A stretch of 64,000 bases of DNA from an uncultured delta proteobacterium (GTDB lineage: Bacteria; Desulfobacterota; Binatia; Binatales; Binataceae), in NCBI GenBank assembly GCA_963765675.1, contig CAVXXK010000001.1, positions 544,001 through 608,000 of the forward strand. Direction: 5' to 3'. Below, one piece after another: positions 30,699 through 42,026 of the stretch. Each line of letters opens with the position of its first letter. Position 1 is the stretch's first letter. The notes beneath the pieces were generated by a model that did not search any database, had not been told where the DNA came from, and was given only the letters and a program-made list of their open reading frames with translations. The position numbers were made by a program, and so were the translations under genes.

Positions 30699-31496
30699 AT
30701 GCCCAGACAACGAATCGGCGATATCGAAATCTACTACGAGATTCACGGCGACGATCCGCAGACCCTGGTGATGATTCGCGGACTCGGCTCGAATCTGACC
30801 GCGTGGTACGAGCAGGTTCCTGAATTCGCGCGCCACTTTCGCGTCGTGGTGTTCGACAACCGCGGCGCAGGAAGGACCGACAAACCCGACGCGCCCTACT
30901 CACTACGCCAGATGGCCGACGAGACAGCCGGCCTGATGGACGCGCTCGGCATTCAGCGCGCGGCCTTGCTGGGAATCTCGATGGGCGGGATGATCGCGCA
31001 GGAGTTCGCCCTCGCGCATCAGGCGAAGCTCTCCTGCCTGATCCTGGGATGCACCACTTTCGGCGGTGCCGAAGCAGTGCGCGCTGCTCCGGAGGTGATG
31101 GAGGCGCTGCTCGCGGGCGAAAAGGCCAACGCCGAACAGCGACGCATCCAGCAGCGTTCCGCGTTCACCGATAACGCGATTGAAAATCGCCGCGAGATTA
31201 TCGACAAACACGAACGCATCCGGATGCAGTACCTGATTCCGCCGTTCGCCTATCAGCGCCAGATCGAAGCCGTCATGAAATATGACGTGAGCAAACGGCT
31301 GGGAGAGATTCACGTGCCTACGATGGTGATGACGGGGCGCGACGATATTCTGGTGCCGCCCGAAAACTCGAAGCTGATCGCGGCGCGAATCCCGGGTGCG
31401 AAACTGGTCGAGCTTCCCGGCGGCCATCTGTTCTTCACCGAGTATCCGGCTGAGTTCAATGCGGCAGTAATCGAATTCGTAAAGGCGCATCAGTAG
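30699..31496 (+). CDS. alpha/beta hydrolase (enol-lactonase-like)
   Basis: FDNRGAGRTD, GISMGG, GGH; start at ATG 30699. Confidence 0.88.
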   Translation: MPRQRIGDIEIYYEIHGDDPQTLVMIRGLGSNLTAWYEQVPEFARHFRVVVFDNRGAGRTDKPDAPYSLRQMADETAGLMDALGIQRAALLGISMGGMIAQEFALAHQAKLSCLILGCTTFGGAEAVRAAPEVMEALLAGEKANAEQRRIQQRSAFTDNAIENRREIIDKHERIRMQYLIPPFAYQRQIEAVMKYDVSKRLGEIHVPTMVMTGRDDILVPPENSKLIAARIPGAKLVELPGGHLFFTEYPAEFNAAVIEFVKAHQ

Positions 31497-32660
31497 ATGG
31501 TCAACTGCATGCATCGAATCTTTGCTGCGGCTGTGATCATCGCAATGGCCGCGACTGCGGCGTATGGCGCCCCGGCGTTGCCGCTCAAAATCGCCGTGAT
31601 CGCCCGGCCTGTTCCCACGGTAATGTTCGAGGGCGATGGCCTGCCGCACGTCGCATACGAACTGTACGTCTCGAACTTTAATAGCCAGACCGTGCGGATC
31701 GACGAGCTCACGCTCTCGCCGAGTGAAAAGGCCGTGCGTGCTACGGGCGCCTCGGACCAGAGCTTCTCCGGCGACGAGTTGCGCCACATGTTCAGTTTGA
31801 TCGCGGGCAACGCGCTGACCCCGCAGGATCCGGTTCTGAAACCGGCAGCTAGCGGAGTGCTGTTCGTGTTCCTCAATCGCGATCCGGGTGACAAAGTCTT
31901 CAACACGCTCGAGGTCGAGGTTGACGGCAAGCCCGACACGCGACAGAAAGTCGCTTCCGCCGTGGTCGAGGTCAGGCATGCGTCGCCGATCGTCATCTCG
32001 TCGCCGCTGCGCGGTGATAACTGGTGGACGCCTAACGGTCCCGCGAACAACTCGATCCATCGCCGCACGATTATCGCGCTCGGCCCGGCGGTCGTGATTC
32101 CGGAGCGCTACGCCGTCGATTGGGTGAAGCTCGGGGCCGACGGCAACTCGTTTCACGGTGATCCTAAAGAAAACGGCAATTACTACGCCTACCGATCAGA
32201 GATTCATGCTGTCGGCGACGGCCGAGTCGTTTCCGTCCTCGACGGCGTTCCAGAAAACGTGCCGAACTCACCTACGATGGCGGTGACGATCACGCTTGCG
32301 AATATCGCGGGAAACTCGGTGATCGAAGATCTTGGCGGCGGCCACTATGCGCTCTACGCGCACATGATTCCCGGCACTGTACGCGTAAAGCCGAGCGATC
32401 ATGTCAAAGACGGACAGATGCTCGGGCTTCTGGGAAACTCCGGCAATTCAACCGAGCCGCATCTTCATTTCCAGATTTCCGATTCGCCTATGGCCCTTGG
32501 AGGAGAGGGCTTGCCATTCTTGCTGAGCAGATTCACTCGCCGCGAATATCACATGGAGATGAAGGGCGAAAATCCTGCGAGTATGACTTTAGGCGCCACT
32601 CACGAGATGATTCGGCAGACGTTTATGAATATGGATCTCGGCGATTTCGGCACGAACTAA
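31497..32660 (+). CDS. secreted M23 family metallopeptidase
   Basis: Signal peptide; YAHM, GNSGNSTEPHLHF. Confidence 0.85.
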   Translation: MVNCMHRIFAAAVIIAMAATAAYGAPALPLKIAVIARPVPTVMFEGDGLPHVAYELYVSNFNSQTVRIDELTLSPSEKAVRATGASDQSFSGDELRHMFSLIAGNALTPQDPVLKPAASGVLFVFLNRDPGDKVFNTLEVEVDGKPDTRQKVASAVVEVRHASPIVISSPLRGDNWWTPNGPANNSIHRRTIIALGPAVVIPERYAVDWVKLGADGNSFHGDPKENGNYYAYRSEIHAVGDGRVVSVLDGVPENVPNSPTMAVTITLANIAGNSVIEDLGGGHYALYAHMIPGTVRVKPSDHVKDGQMLGLLGNSGNSTEPHLHFQISDSPMALGGEGLPFLLSRFTRREYHMEMKGENPASMTLGATHEMIRQTFMNMDLGDFGTN

Positions 32661-32705
32661 ATCTGCGATGGAAGTCCCCGATACCCATGCATAGAAGTGA
32701 TAATC

Positions 32706-33815
32706 GTGAAAGTTAAAGCCGCAGTCGCATCGCGGGCGGACGCGCCGCTCGAAATCACCCAAGTCGATCTCGAGGGTCCCAAAGCGGGCGAAGTTCTGGT
32801 CGAGATCAAAGCGACCGGGGTCTGCCACACCGACGCATTCACGCTCTCAGGCAAAGACCCCGAAGGATTGTTTCCCGCGATTCTGGGTCACGAAGGCGCG
32901 GGCGTCGTCGTCGAGATCGGGGCGGGCGTCTCCACGCTGGCGCCCGGCGATCACGTGATCCCGCTCTATATCCCGGAATGCCGCAACTGCGAGGCGTGCC
33001 TGTCGGGCAAGACCAATTTGTGCGTCGCGATTCGCGAGACCCAGGGCAAAGGCCTCATGCCCGATGGCACCAGCCGCTTCTCGCGCGGCGGCCGGATGAT
33101 TCATCACTACATGGGCACCTCGACCTTCGCGAACTACACCGTCGTTCCCGAAATCGCTCTGGCGAAAGTTCGCGCCGACGCGCCATTCGACAAGATCTGT
33201 TATATCGGATGCGGCGTGACGACTGGAATTGGCGCGGTGATTAACACCGCGAAAGTCGCTCCGGGCGATCGGGTCGTAGTGTTCGGAATCGGTGGTATCG
33301 GACTCAACGTAATTCAGGGCGCGCGGCTTGCGGGCGCGCGGATGATCGTCGCGATCGATCTGAATCCGGCGCGCGAGGCGATCGCGCGCAAGTTCGGCGC
33401 GACTGACTTCGTAAACCCTGCCGAGGTAAAGGGCGAGTTGGTGCCATATCTGATCGACCTGACACGCGGCGGCGCGGACTACGCGTTCGAGTGCGTCGGC
33501 AACGTCAAACTGATGCGCCAGGCGCTCGAATGCTGTCATCGCGGATGGGGCACTTGCGTGATAATCGGCGTCGCCGGCGCGGGCGAGGAAATCTCGACCC
33601 GTCCGTTCCAGCTAGTCACCGGACGCACCTGGAAAGGCACCGCATTCGGCGGTGCGCGCGGCCGCCGCGACGTCCCGAAGATCGTCGATTGGTACATGGA
33701 AGGCCGCATCAATATTGACGACCTGATTACGCATACGATGCCGCTCGAGCGAATCAACGAGGCGTTCGATCTGATGCACGCAGGCAAATCGATTCGCAGC
33801 GTCGTGACGTTCTGA
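32706..33815 (+). CDS. frmA: S-(hydroxymethyl)glutathione dehydrogenase / class III alcohol dehydrogenase
   Basis: [22 protein letters not shown], four-Cys zinc site, [19 protein letters not shown]. Confidence 0.93.
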   Translation: MKVKAAVASRADAPLEITQVDLEGPKAGEVLVEIKATGVCHTDAFTLSGKDPEGLFPAILGHEGAGVVVEIGAGVSTLAPGDHVIPLYIPECRNCEACLSGKTNLCVAIRETQGKGLMPDGTSRFSRGGRMIHHYMGTSTFANYTVVPEIALAKVRADAPFDKICYIGCGVTTGIGAVINTAKVAPGDRVVVFGIGGIGLNVIQGARLAGARMIVAIDLNPAREAIARKFGATDFVNPAEVKGELVPYLIDLTRGGADYAFECVGNVKLMRQALECCHRGWGTCVIIGVAGAGEEISTRPFQLVTGRTWKGTAFGGARGRRDVPKIVDWYMEGRINIDDLITHTMPLERINEAFDLMHAGKSIRSVVTF

Positions 33816-33822
33816 ACCTTCA

Positions 33823-34251
33823 ATGCATGCCGCGCGAAATCGCTCGAACATATGCGCCGCGGTCTTCGATGTGATCGCCGTGCTCGCGTGCGCCTTCGCG
33901 CTGGCAGGATGCTGGCCGTTCGGCCATAGCGGACCGACTCCGCAGCAGGAGTACCTAGACGCGCTCAACCACGGCCATTCAGCCGAGGCCAGCCAGATCT
34001 GGCTCAACATGTCGCCCGAGGATCGGGCAAAATGGGCGCGCAGCGAAGGCGTCACGCAGCAGGTCTCGCCGGACGAAATCAAAAAGCGGGTGATGCAGCA
34101 TTACCAGGACGAAGCCGGTTCCGAGCAGGAGGGCGACAGTGGTGTGACGCAGATTGTGCCGGCCGGAGGAGCCGGCTTGCAGAACCTGCCGTCGATTGCG
34201 GCCCCGACAAATTCAGCGCCGCCCGCTCCAGCGTCAGTCGTGCCAAACTGA
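33823..34251 (+). CDS. hypothetical lipoprotein
   Basis: Lipobox LAGC; sits in operon spacing between frmA and the acyl-CoA dehydrogenase; start uncertain. Confidence 0.65.
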   Translation: MHAARNRSNICAAVFDVIAVLACAFALAGCWPFGHSGPTPQQEYLDALNHGHSAEASQIWLNMSPEDRAKWARSEGVTQQVSPDEIKKRVMQHYQDEAGSEQEGDSGVTQIVPAGGAGLQNLPSIAAPTNSAPPAPASVVPN

Positions 34252-34262
34252 GGGTCACGCCA

Positions 34263-35417
34263 ATGGATTTTGGACTATCGTCCGAGCAGCAGCTTTTGCA
34301 GACAACCTTACGCGAATTCTCGACGCACGAGCTGCTGCCCGAATATCAATCGCGCGATCGCGACGCGGACCTGCCGCCGGCGCTGGTCAGCAAGCTCGGG
34401 GCGATGGGCCTGCTCGCGCCGATGGTGCCGGCTGCGCACGGCGGCTCGTCTCTGGATTTTGTCTCGCTCGGGATCGCGCACGAGGAAATCGCGCGCGGCG
34501 ATTTCAACGCGGCCTACGTTCTGCTGATTGCGGCTCTCGTCGGCTCGATCATCGCACGCAGTGGCGATGCGCGCCAACAGTCGGAGTACCTGCCGTCGAT
34601 CTGCCGCGGCGACGTGATCGCCGCGCTCGGCGTAACCGAACCCTCGGGCGGTTCCGACGCCGCGCACGTGAAGCTTTCAGCGCGCCGCGACGGCGACCAT
34701 TATATCCTCGACGGCGAGAAAACTTCGATTTCATTTTCCTCATCCGCCGCGACCGCTCTGGTAATGGCGCGCACCGGCACGCTCGAGCAGGGCGCGCACG
34801 GCGTCACCGCGTTCTATGTCGATCTCAACTCCTCGGGTGTCTCGCGCACGCGCTTTCGCGATCTCGGCTCGCGCGCGATCGGCCGCGGTTCGATTTTCTT
34901 CGACGCTGTTCGCGTGCCGGCCGCGGCGCGCGTAGGCGCCGAGGGCGCAGGCTTCGTCCAGGTGATGCAGGGCTTTGATTTCAGCCGCTCACTGATCGGC
35001 CTCATGTGTATCGGCGCGGCCGAGCAAAGTGTCGAGGAGACTTGCGCGTACGTTGCCGGGCGCGACGCGTTCGGCGGAAGCCTCGCGCGGTTCGAGGGCG
35101 TGTCGTTTCCGCTCGCCGAAGCCGCGGTCGAGCTGCGCGCCGCTCGATTGCTCTGCTACGAAGCGCTATGGCTTCGCGACCGCGGACAGCCGCACGGATG
35201 GATCGCGGCTGGCGCCAAGTGGCTCGCGCCGGAACTCTGCGCGCGCGTGCTGCATCAGTGCCTGCTCTTGCATGGGCACATGGGTTTCAGCCTCGAGCTG
35301 CCGCATCAGCAGCGGATGCGCGACGTGATCGGCCTCGAGATCGGCGACGGCACCGCGCAGATCATGAAACTCCTGGTGGCGCGAGAGATTATCGGCAAGG
35401 CGGCGCGGCCATACTGA
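34263..35417 (+). CDS. acyl-CoA dehydrogenase (cyclohexanecarboxyl-CoA dehydrogenase-like)
   Basis: MDFGLSSEQ start; TEPSGGSD, GEKTSIS, RDVIGLEIGDGTAQIMK. Confidence 0.85.
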   Translation: MDFGLSSEQQLLQTTLREFSTHELLPEYQSRDRDADLPPALVSKLGAMGLLAPMVPAAHGGSSLDFVSLGIAHEEIARGDFNAAYVLLIAALVGSIIARSGDARQQSEYLPSICRGDVIAALGVTEPSGGSDAAHVKLSARRDGDHYILDGEKTSISFSSSAATALVMARTGTLEQGAHGVTAFYVDLNSSGVSRTRFRDLGSRAIGRGSIFFDAVRVPAAARVGAEGAGFVQVMQGFDFSRSLIGLMCIGAAEQSVEETCAYVAGRDAFGGSLARFEGVSFPLAEAAVELRAARLLCYEALWLRDRGQPHGWIAAGAKWLAPELCARVLHQCLLLHGHMGFSLELPHQQRMRDVIGLEIGDGTAQIMKLLVAREIIGKAARPY

Positions 35418-35424
35418 GGAACCG

Positions 35425-37846
35425 GTGATGGCGAACCGCCGATGGCCGATCTTGTGGAACGCGCGATGGATTTGGGCGCCGTCGAAGCGGCGGCGCGTCG
35501 CCGCGGTCGCCTCGAATCCGCTTCCTCCGCGCGAGACGTGGAACCGCTTCTGCTACCTGCGCAAATCGATCGACCTCGCGAGCGTTCCACGCTTCGGTTC
35601 CCGCGCGGGTAACCGCCGACTCGCGTTTCATCCTGTTCGTCAACGGAATCGAGGCAGCGCGCGGTCCCGCCCGCTCGACTCCGGCGCGCCTGGCATGGAC
35701 GGAGTTCGATCTCGCTCCGATGCTGATGCGCGGACGCAACACGATCGCGGCGCTGGTGAGATTTTACGGCGCACCGACGCCGTGGTGGATTCCCGCGCCC
35801 GCGAGCTTTACGCTCGGCTTCGGTTCGTTCGCCTTCGAAGCGCCCTCAATCGATCTGATTTCCGATCGAGACTGGAAAGCCGCGGACGCGCCCTACCGCC
35901 AGGACGTTCCTACACCGCCGATTCTGCCGCAGCCGCCACTTGAAATTCTTGACGGCGCGATGGTTCCGCGCGGATGGACCGGCGCCGACTTTGACGATTC
36001 GTCGTGGGAGAACGCGGCCGAGTTGATGGCGGCGACCTTCGCACCCAATCGCTTGCGGATTCCCGTCGAGCCCTACTCCGCGCCCGAGGCCGCCGATATA
36101 GCGCCGCTCACAACGATTCCAATCGGGTTCACCGAGATCGCGCGCCGCGCTCTGTCTTCTCTCGCAGGCGACGATCCGCTGACCGCCTATCCGGCTGTCG
36201 ACGCTCAACTCGGTACCGGCGCGGATGCGATCACCTATGACGCGGGCGCGATCACGCTCGCGACACCGTGGCTCGTGGTGCGCGGACCGTCCGGCTCGAT
36301 CGCCGACCTTTACGTGGGCGAGGATTTGCGGACCGACGGCAGCGCCGAAATCGCACCTCGATTTTACGCGACCCGCTACATCCTGGGCGGCCGCGAATCG
36401 GAACGCGTCGAAGGATTTGAAACGGTTGGTTTTCGATACTTGACCGTCGTCACGCGCGGTGGAGCGACGGTCGAATCCGCCGGTGCAATCGAGCGGCACT
36501 ACCCGCGCAGCGGCGATGCGCGCTTCGAATGCGACGATCTGCGCTTGAACAAAATCTGGCGAGTCGGGGCGCGCACGCTCGACCTGTGCTCGTCCGATGC
36601 ATTTATTGATTGCCCCGGCCGCGAGCAACGTGCATGGCTTGGCGATTCCTACATTCATGCGCTTCTCAGCTTTGTGACGAATTCCGATTGGCGGCTGGTG
36701 CGGCGTCATCTCCGAATCTGCGCGCATTCGGCGCGTACCGACGGATTGCTCGCGATGGTCGCGGCCGGCGATTTCGCAACTGCCTCGACCACGATTCCCG
36801 ATTACTCGCTGCATTGGGTTCGGGCGCTGGCGCGATATTTCGAATATTCTGGAGATTCCGATCTGATTCGCGAACTTGCGCCGGTGGCTCTGGGAGCCCT
36901 GGCCGCGTTCGAGCGCTATCGCGCTGACGACGGGCTGATACGCGGCATGCCCGGATGGATGTTCATCGACTGGGCGATGACCGAGCGGGCGGAAGTCACC
37001 GGCGCGATCGACGCACTCTACGCAGCCGCACTCGAAGACTTCGCCGTGCTCGCCGAGACCGCGCTCGGCGATACACGCGCGGCCGGCGACGCTCGCGCCC
37101 GCGCGCTTCGCACTCGCAACTCATTCGAGCTGCTCTGGGACGATCGCAGGGGCGTGTACGTTGATGCCGCCGATGCGAACGGACCGCGTCGGCGCGTGAG
37201 CCAGCAGACCAACGCGATCGCGATTGCGAGCGGATGTGCCCCGCGCGAGCGATGGCAACGAATCCTCGATTTTGTTCTCGACGAGTCGCGCCTGGTCGTG
37301 ACTCCGACCATCTCCGACAATCATGCCGCCTACATTGCGCAGCGGATGGATCCGGCCGAGTACTGCGAGTTCAGTCCGGAGAGAAACGTCGTCGCCGCGC
37401 AGCCCTTCTTTTCGCACGTTGTTCACGACGCGATCGTGCGCGCAGGCCGGCGCGATCTGCTCGCCGAGCGATGCCTCAAGTGGTGGCCGCAGATCGAGCG
37501 CGGCAACACCGCGTTCGAGGAGTATTGGAACGCGCGCTCCGGAACCGGCAGCCGCTGCCACGCATGGTCGGCAACTCCGACCTACGACCTGACCACGCAC
37601 GTGCTGGGAGTGCGTCCCTCAAAGCCGGGCTACGCTCAGGCGGAAATAGCACCGCTGTTCGGCGCGCTACGCCATCTCGAGGGCGCGGTCCCTACCCCCA
37701 AAGGGATCATCGAGGTCGCGCTTGATCGCGATCGCGGCGGCGAAGTGACGCTTCCGGACGGCGTCGATGCGATCGTCCGCTTCGACGACGCTCCACTGCG
37801 CGCCGCACGCCTCGGCGCGGGGCGTCATCGCATCGAACGCGCGTAA
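35425..37846 (+). pseudogene. GH78 alpha-L-rhamnosidase-like protein with a +1 frameshift near 35590 (pseudogene or sequencing error)
   Basis: N-terminal WNARWIW..YLRKSIDL continues after one extra base as ASVPARVTADSRFILFVNG; catalytic region DCPGREQRAWLGD; SRCHAWSATP. Confidence 0.8.
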
Positions 37847-37863
37847 TCGCGCGCTACGAAATT

Positions 37864-38641
37864 TCAGCGTGGCGCTTTGTCGATCAGATGCGCGGCGAAA
37901 CGCAGGCGGATGTAATCGGCGGTCCAGCGGCCGCGCTCGTCGCACAGAACCGGGCGCAACAGATCGATCGCTTCAGCTAGCGCCTTTTTTCTATCGGCAG
38001 GTTGTAGCGGCCGGAGAAAATTCTCGGCAAAGGTATCGAGCCATCCTTCAATCCCGGTCGGCAGCGGAGTAGGACGCGGAATGATGGCGAGATAATCGAC
38101 GGCAAAGCCGGCGCGCTCCAATCTTTCGCGGTAGTCGTCGGCGGTCGGAAAATACCACGGAATTTGAGCCGATCCGCTGATGCCGCGGCGCGCAAGCACC
38201 GCTTCGAGCGCGACGATTATCGCAGCTACGCATCCGTGTCCGCCGAACTCGCCGACGAATCTTCCGCCCGGCTTCAGCGCGCGCCCCACTCCGGCCAGCA
38301 CGCTGTCAGGCTCGCGCATCCAGTGCAGCGCCGCATTCGAGAACACCGCGTCGAATTCGGACTCGAACCGCAGCGACTGTCCGTTGACGACGTGTGCATC
38401 GAGACCGCGCGCGCGAGCTCCTGCTACCATCGCCTCGGACGCATCGACGCCCACGACGGCTCGCGCCTGCCGCCGCGACCTTTTCCGTCAACACGCCGTC
38501 TCCGCATCCGAGGTCGAGGATCCGCTCACCAGCGCGCGGCTGGAGCATCGCAAGCACCGGTTCGCCAAGGTCGCTAACGAACCTTGCATTGCGGTCGTAT
38601 GATTCAGGCTGCCAGGTGTTGAGTTGCTCTGGAGTACTCAT
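37864..38641 (-). pseudogene. class I SAM methyltransferase with a +1 frameshift near 38460 (pseudogene or sequencing error)
   Basis: MSTPEQLNTW..ILDLGCGDG in one frame joins VVGVDAS..FDAVFSNAALHW in another. Confidence 0.82.
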
Positions 38642-38780
38642 TTCAGACGGACGCGGCGGCGGCTGCGCCTCTCTTCTTCGTATATGCGGCCTGATCGCGA
38701 GGCAAATCGCGCGCGCTTGCCGCCGCGCGCGAGTGCGAGTATTCCCTGCCTCACGAGGCGTACGCTTCGCGGAGGCGTCA

Positions 38781-39551
38781 ATGTTCATCGGAATCGATCA
38801 TGTCGTTATCGCGGTCGCTGATCTCGAGACCGCCATCGCGAGCTACGCTCACGCGGGATTCAGCGTCGTGCGCGGCGGCAAACATAATATCGGTACACAC
38901 AACGCGCTGATCGCATTTACCGACGGTTCATACATCGAGTTGATCGCATTCCTCAATCCTGTTCCCAGCCATCCATGGTTCAAGGCTCTCGAGCTCGGAG
39001 GCGGCGTGACCGACTTCTGCATGCGGACCGACGACCTTGAGGCCGACGTCGCAGCGTTGCGCCGTGCAGGCGCTGCGATTGGCGATCCGTCGGCGATGAC
39101 GCGCGACCGCCCCGACGGTTTCCGCCTGAGCTGGGTGCTCGCCATTCCGCAGCCTCCCTTCAGCGGGCAGTTGCCTTTCCTGATTAGGGACGAGACCCCG
39201 CGCGATGAGCGGGTTCCGCGCGAGCGATCACATCGCAACGGAATTCGCGGAATCGCACGAGTTACCGTCGCCGTCGAGAATCCCGCCGCGACCAGCAAAT
39301 ACTACGCGCGTGTGCTGGGACGTCCGGCTGCGCCGCGTCGACGCCTCGACCTGGATGCCTCGGGTGTGGCGTTCGTGATCGGTTCTTATGAAGTCGAACT
39401 GATGGCGCCGCGCAGCGAGCAAAGCCCACTCGCGCAGTGGCTTAAGGTGCGCGGGCCCTCGCTCTGGTCGGCGACCTTGGGTGCCGATGCGGGCGCGGGA
39501 AAGTTCAACGATACCGAACTGCTGCGCTCCGCGCGGCTCACGGTCGAATAA
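38781..39551 (+). CDS. VOC/glyoxalase-like family protein
   Basis: IDHVVIAV, GGKH..GTHNALI, YIELI, LPFLI.D motifs; GGAGG SD. Confidence 0.85.
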   Translation: MFIGIDHVVIAVADLETAIASYAHAGFSVVRGGKHNIGTHNALIAFTDGSYIELIAFLNPVPSHPWFKALELGGGVTDFCMRTDDLEADVAALRRAGAAIGDPSAMTRDRPDGFRLSWVLAIPQPPFSGQLPFLIRDETPRDERVPRERSHRNGIRGIARVTVAVENPAATSKYYARVLGRPAAPRRRLDLDASGVAFVIGSYEVELMAPRSEQSPLAQWLKVRGPSLWSATLGADAGAGKFNDTELLRSARLTVE

Positions 39552-39573
39552 TCCAATCGAAGGACGCACCACG

Positions 39574-40548
39574 ATGGCGCAGCAGCAATTGAGCATCGGC
39601 TTCACGATCCCGCAGCGGGGCGTATTTTTTGGAATCTCAACCTGGCCCGAGATGATCGCGCTCGCCGCCGAAGCCGATCGCAATCCGCGCTTCGATTCGA
39701 TCTGGGTGGGCGACAGCGTGATGGCCAAGCCGCGGCCCGAATCGATCGCGCTGCTCGGCGCGCTGTCCTCGGCAACGCGGCGCGCAAAGCTCGGCGTCGG
39801 ATGTATGGCGAGCTTCCCGATTCGCGATCCGATTCTGTTCGCCTATCAGTGGTCCACACTCGATCTGATTTCGCAGGGACGGATGCTGCTCGCCGTGTGC
39901 ACGGGTATCGTCGCCGGCGGCGTGAGCGCGCGCGAGGGAGGAGTGTGGGGAATCACCGATGGCCAGCGCGGCAATCGGATGGCCGAGAGTATCGAAATCT
40001 GCCGTCGCCTCTGGACTGAAGACAATGTCAGCTTCGCGGGGAAGTATCGCTCGTTCTCGGGCGTGACGATAACCCCGCGACCGGTGCAGCGCCCGTGTCC
40101 GATCTGGATCGCGGCGAATCCGCCGCCGCAGATGGCGGAAAAGCCGCTGCGCCGCGTCGCGCAAATCGCCGACGGATGGATGACGGTGAACATCTTTCCG
40201 AAGCTCTTCGCCGCCAACTGGTCAAAGCTTGCGCAGTACTTGAAGGATGCGGGAAAGGATCCCGCCGCGTACCCAAACATCGCCTACCACAACATCAACA
40301 TAAATTCCGATCGCGATGCCGCGCTGGCGGAATCCAAACGCTTCCTGGACGAATACTACGGCCCGGTGTTCGCGCCGCCGATGGTCGAAGCCTGGACCGC
40401 CGCCGGCACGCCCGAGCAGTGCGCGGCCAGCCTGCGCGAACTTGCCAGCGATGGCGCAAAATCGATCACGCTGCGCATCACCGGATGGGATCAGGAAGGC
40501 CAGTACGAGCGACTGGTGAATGAAGTCCTGCCACGTGTTGATCTCTAG
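39574..40548 (+). CDS. LLM class flavin-dependent oxidoreductase
   Basis: FDSIWVGDS, TLDLISQGR, PRPVQRPCPIWIA, ADGW. Confidence 0.88.
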   Translation: MAQQQLSIGFTIPQRGVFFGISTWPEMIALAAEADRNPRFDSIWVGDSVMAKPRPESIALLGALSSATRRAKLGVGCMASFPIRDPILFAYQWSTLDLISQGRMLLAVCTGIVAGGVSAREGGVWGITDGQRGNRMAESIEICRRLWTEDNVSFAGKYRSFSGVTITPRPVQRPCPIWIAANPPPQMAEKPLRRVAQIADGWMTVNIFPKLFAANWSKLAQYLKDAGKDPAAYPNIAYHNININSDRDAALAESKRFLDEYYGPVFAPPMVEAWTAAGTPEQCAASLRELASDGAKSITLRITGWDQEGQYERLVNEVLPRVDL

Positions 40549-40592
40549 TGCTGCTCTTTCGCGCCGCGCGCTAGTGTAAGATCGACCGCGCG

Positions 40593-41984
40593 ATGGCGTC
40601 TCAATTCAACTTGCCGCGGATCGTGATCGCCGCGACCGCAAGCGGTGTCGGAAAGACCACCGTTACGGTCGGACTGATCGCTGCGCTGCGCGCGCGTGGC
40701 CTGCGCGTCCGCGCGTTCAAGTGCGGGCCTGATTACCTCGATCCGACTTATCACGCGCGCGTGCTCGGGCAGCCGTCGCAAAATCTCGATTCATGGATGA
40801 TGGGGCGCGAGGCAATTGTCACAACCCTTGCGCACGCCGCGCAGGACGCGGATATCGCGGTGATCGAAGGAATGATGGGGCTGTTCGACGGGACAACGCC
40901 AACGAGCGACGAAGGTTCCACCGCCGAGATTGCGAAGTGGCTCGACACTCCTGTGATCCTGGCGCTCGACGCGTCGGGAATCGCGCGCACGGTGTGCGCG
41001 GTCGCGGCGGGGTTCTCGCGCTTCGATCCCGCGGTCCGCGTGTCAGGACTGATCTGCAATCGCGTCGGCGGACAGGGGCATCTCGATTTACTCCGTCAGG
41101 CGCGACCCGAGGTTCCCGTCCTCGGCGGATTCCCTGACCAGCCCGAGCTTGCATTCCCTGAGCGCCATCTCGGCCTCTTGAGCGCAACGGAAAACGATGT
41201 GCCCGATGAACTGTTCTCCGCGTGGGCGCAGCTTGCGGCCGATTGGCTCGACCTCGACGCGATCGTCGCGATCGCGCGGTCGGCGCCTCCGCTCGCGGTT
41301 CCCGTTTCCTCGGAGCGCCCCGAGCATTCGCGGCCGCGATGCCGAATCGCGATCGCGTACGACGAAGCGTTCCACTTCTACTACGACGACAATCTTCGCC
41401 GGCTCGAGGAACTTGGCGCGGAGCTGATTCGCTTTTCGCCCTGCCATGACTCCGCCCTCCCTACGGCCGACGGCCTATACTTCGGCGGCGGCTATCCCGA
41501 AGCACACGCGAGCGAGCTCGCGGGGAACCTCGCGATGCTGTCGGAGATTCGCGCGTTCGCGGCGCGCGGCGGACCGATATACGCGGAGTGCGGAGGCCTG
41601 ATGTACCTGTGCGAGGCAATCCGCACCCTCGATGGAGAGCAATCGCCGATGGCGGCCCTGGTGCCGGGCGTCGCCGTGATGCAACCGGGCTTGCAGGCTC
41701 TTGGATACGTCGAGGTCGAGACGGGTGCGGAAACAATTCTCGGCCCGGCTGGAACACGCTTTCGCGGCCATCAGTTCCGCTACTCGACCCTCGAAAATTC
41801 CGGCAGTTCCCTTCGCGCGAGCCGCACCTACCGGGTGACTCCGCGATGGGGCCGCGGCGCATTCGACGAGGGTTTCACCTCGCGCAACGTGCTGGCCAGT
41901 TATGTCCATGCGCATTGGGCATCGAATCCGGAAGTCGCTCGCAGCCTGGTCGCGGCGTGCGAAAATTTCCGCAGGAGCCGCTAA
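40593..41984 (+). CDS. cbiA: cobyrinate a,c-diamide synthase
   Basis: SGVGKTT, KCGPDYLDP, IEGMMGLFDG, ERHLGL, glutaminase AECGG, ASYVHAH. Confidence 0.93.
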   Translation: MASQFNLPRIVIAATASGVGKTTVTVGLIAALRARGLRVRAFKCGPDYLDPTYHARVLGQPSQNLDSWMMGREAIVTTLAHAAQDADIAVIEGMMGLFDGTTPTSDEGSTAEIAKWLDTPVILALDASGIARTVCAVAAGFSRFDPAVRVSGLICNRVGGQGHLDLLRQARPEVPVLGGFPDQPELAFPERHLGLLSATENDVPDELFSAWAQLAADWLDLDAIVAIARSAPPLAVPVSSERPEHSRPRCRIAIAYDEAFHFYYDDNLRRLEELGAELIRFSPCHDSALPTADGLYFGGGYPEAHASELAGNLAMLSEIRAFAARGGPIYAECGGLMYLCEAIRTLDGEQSPMAALVPGVAVMQPGLQALGYVEVETGAETILGPAGTRFRGHQFRYSTLENSGSSLRASRTYRVTPRWGRGAFDEGFTSRNVLASYVHAHWASNPEVARSLVAACENFRRSR

Positions 41985-42026
41985 CCGCGCAAGACACGCG
42001 GCCAAAAAGAATCTAACATTCGATCC

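Noticed and set aside
35580-35600. Programmed frameshifting in the GH78 or methyltransferase genes
   Set aside because: No slippery heptamer or homopolymer at either site; an indel error or mutation is simpler
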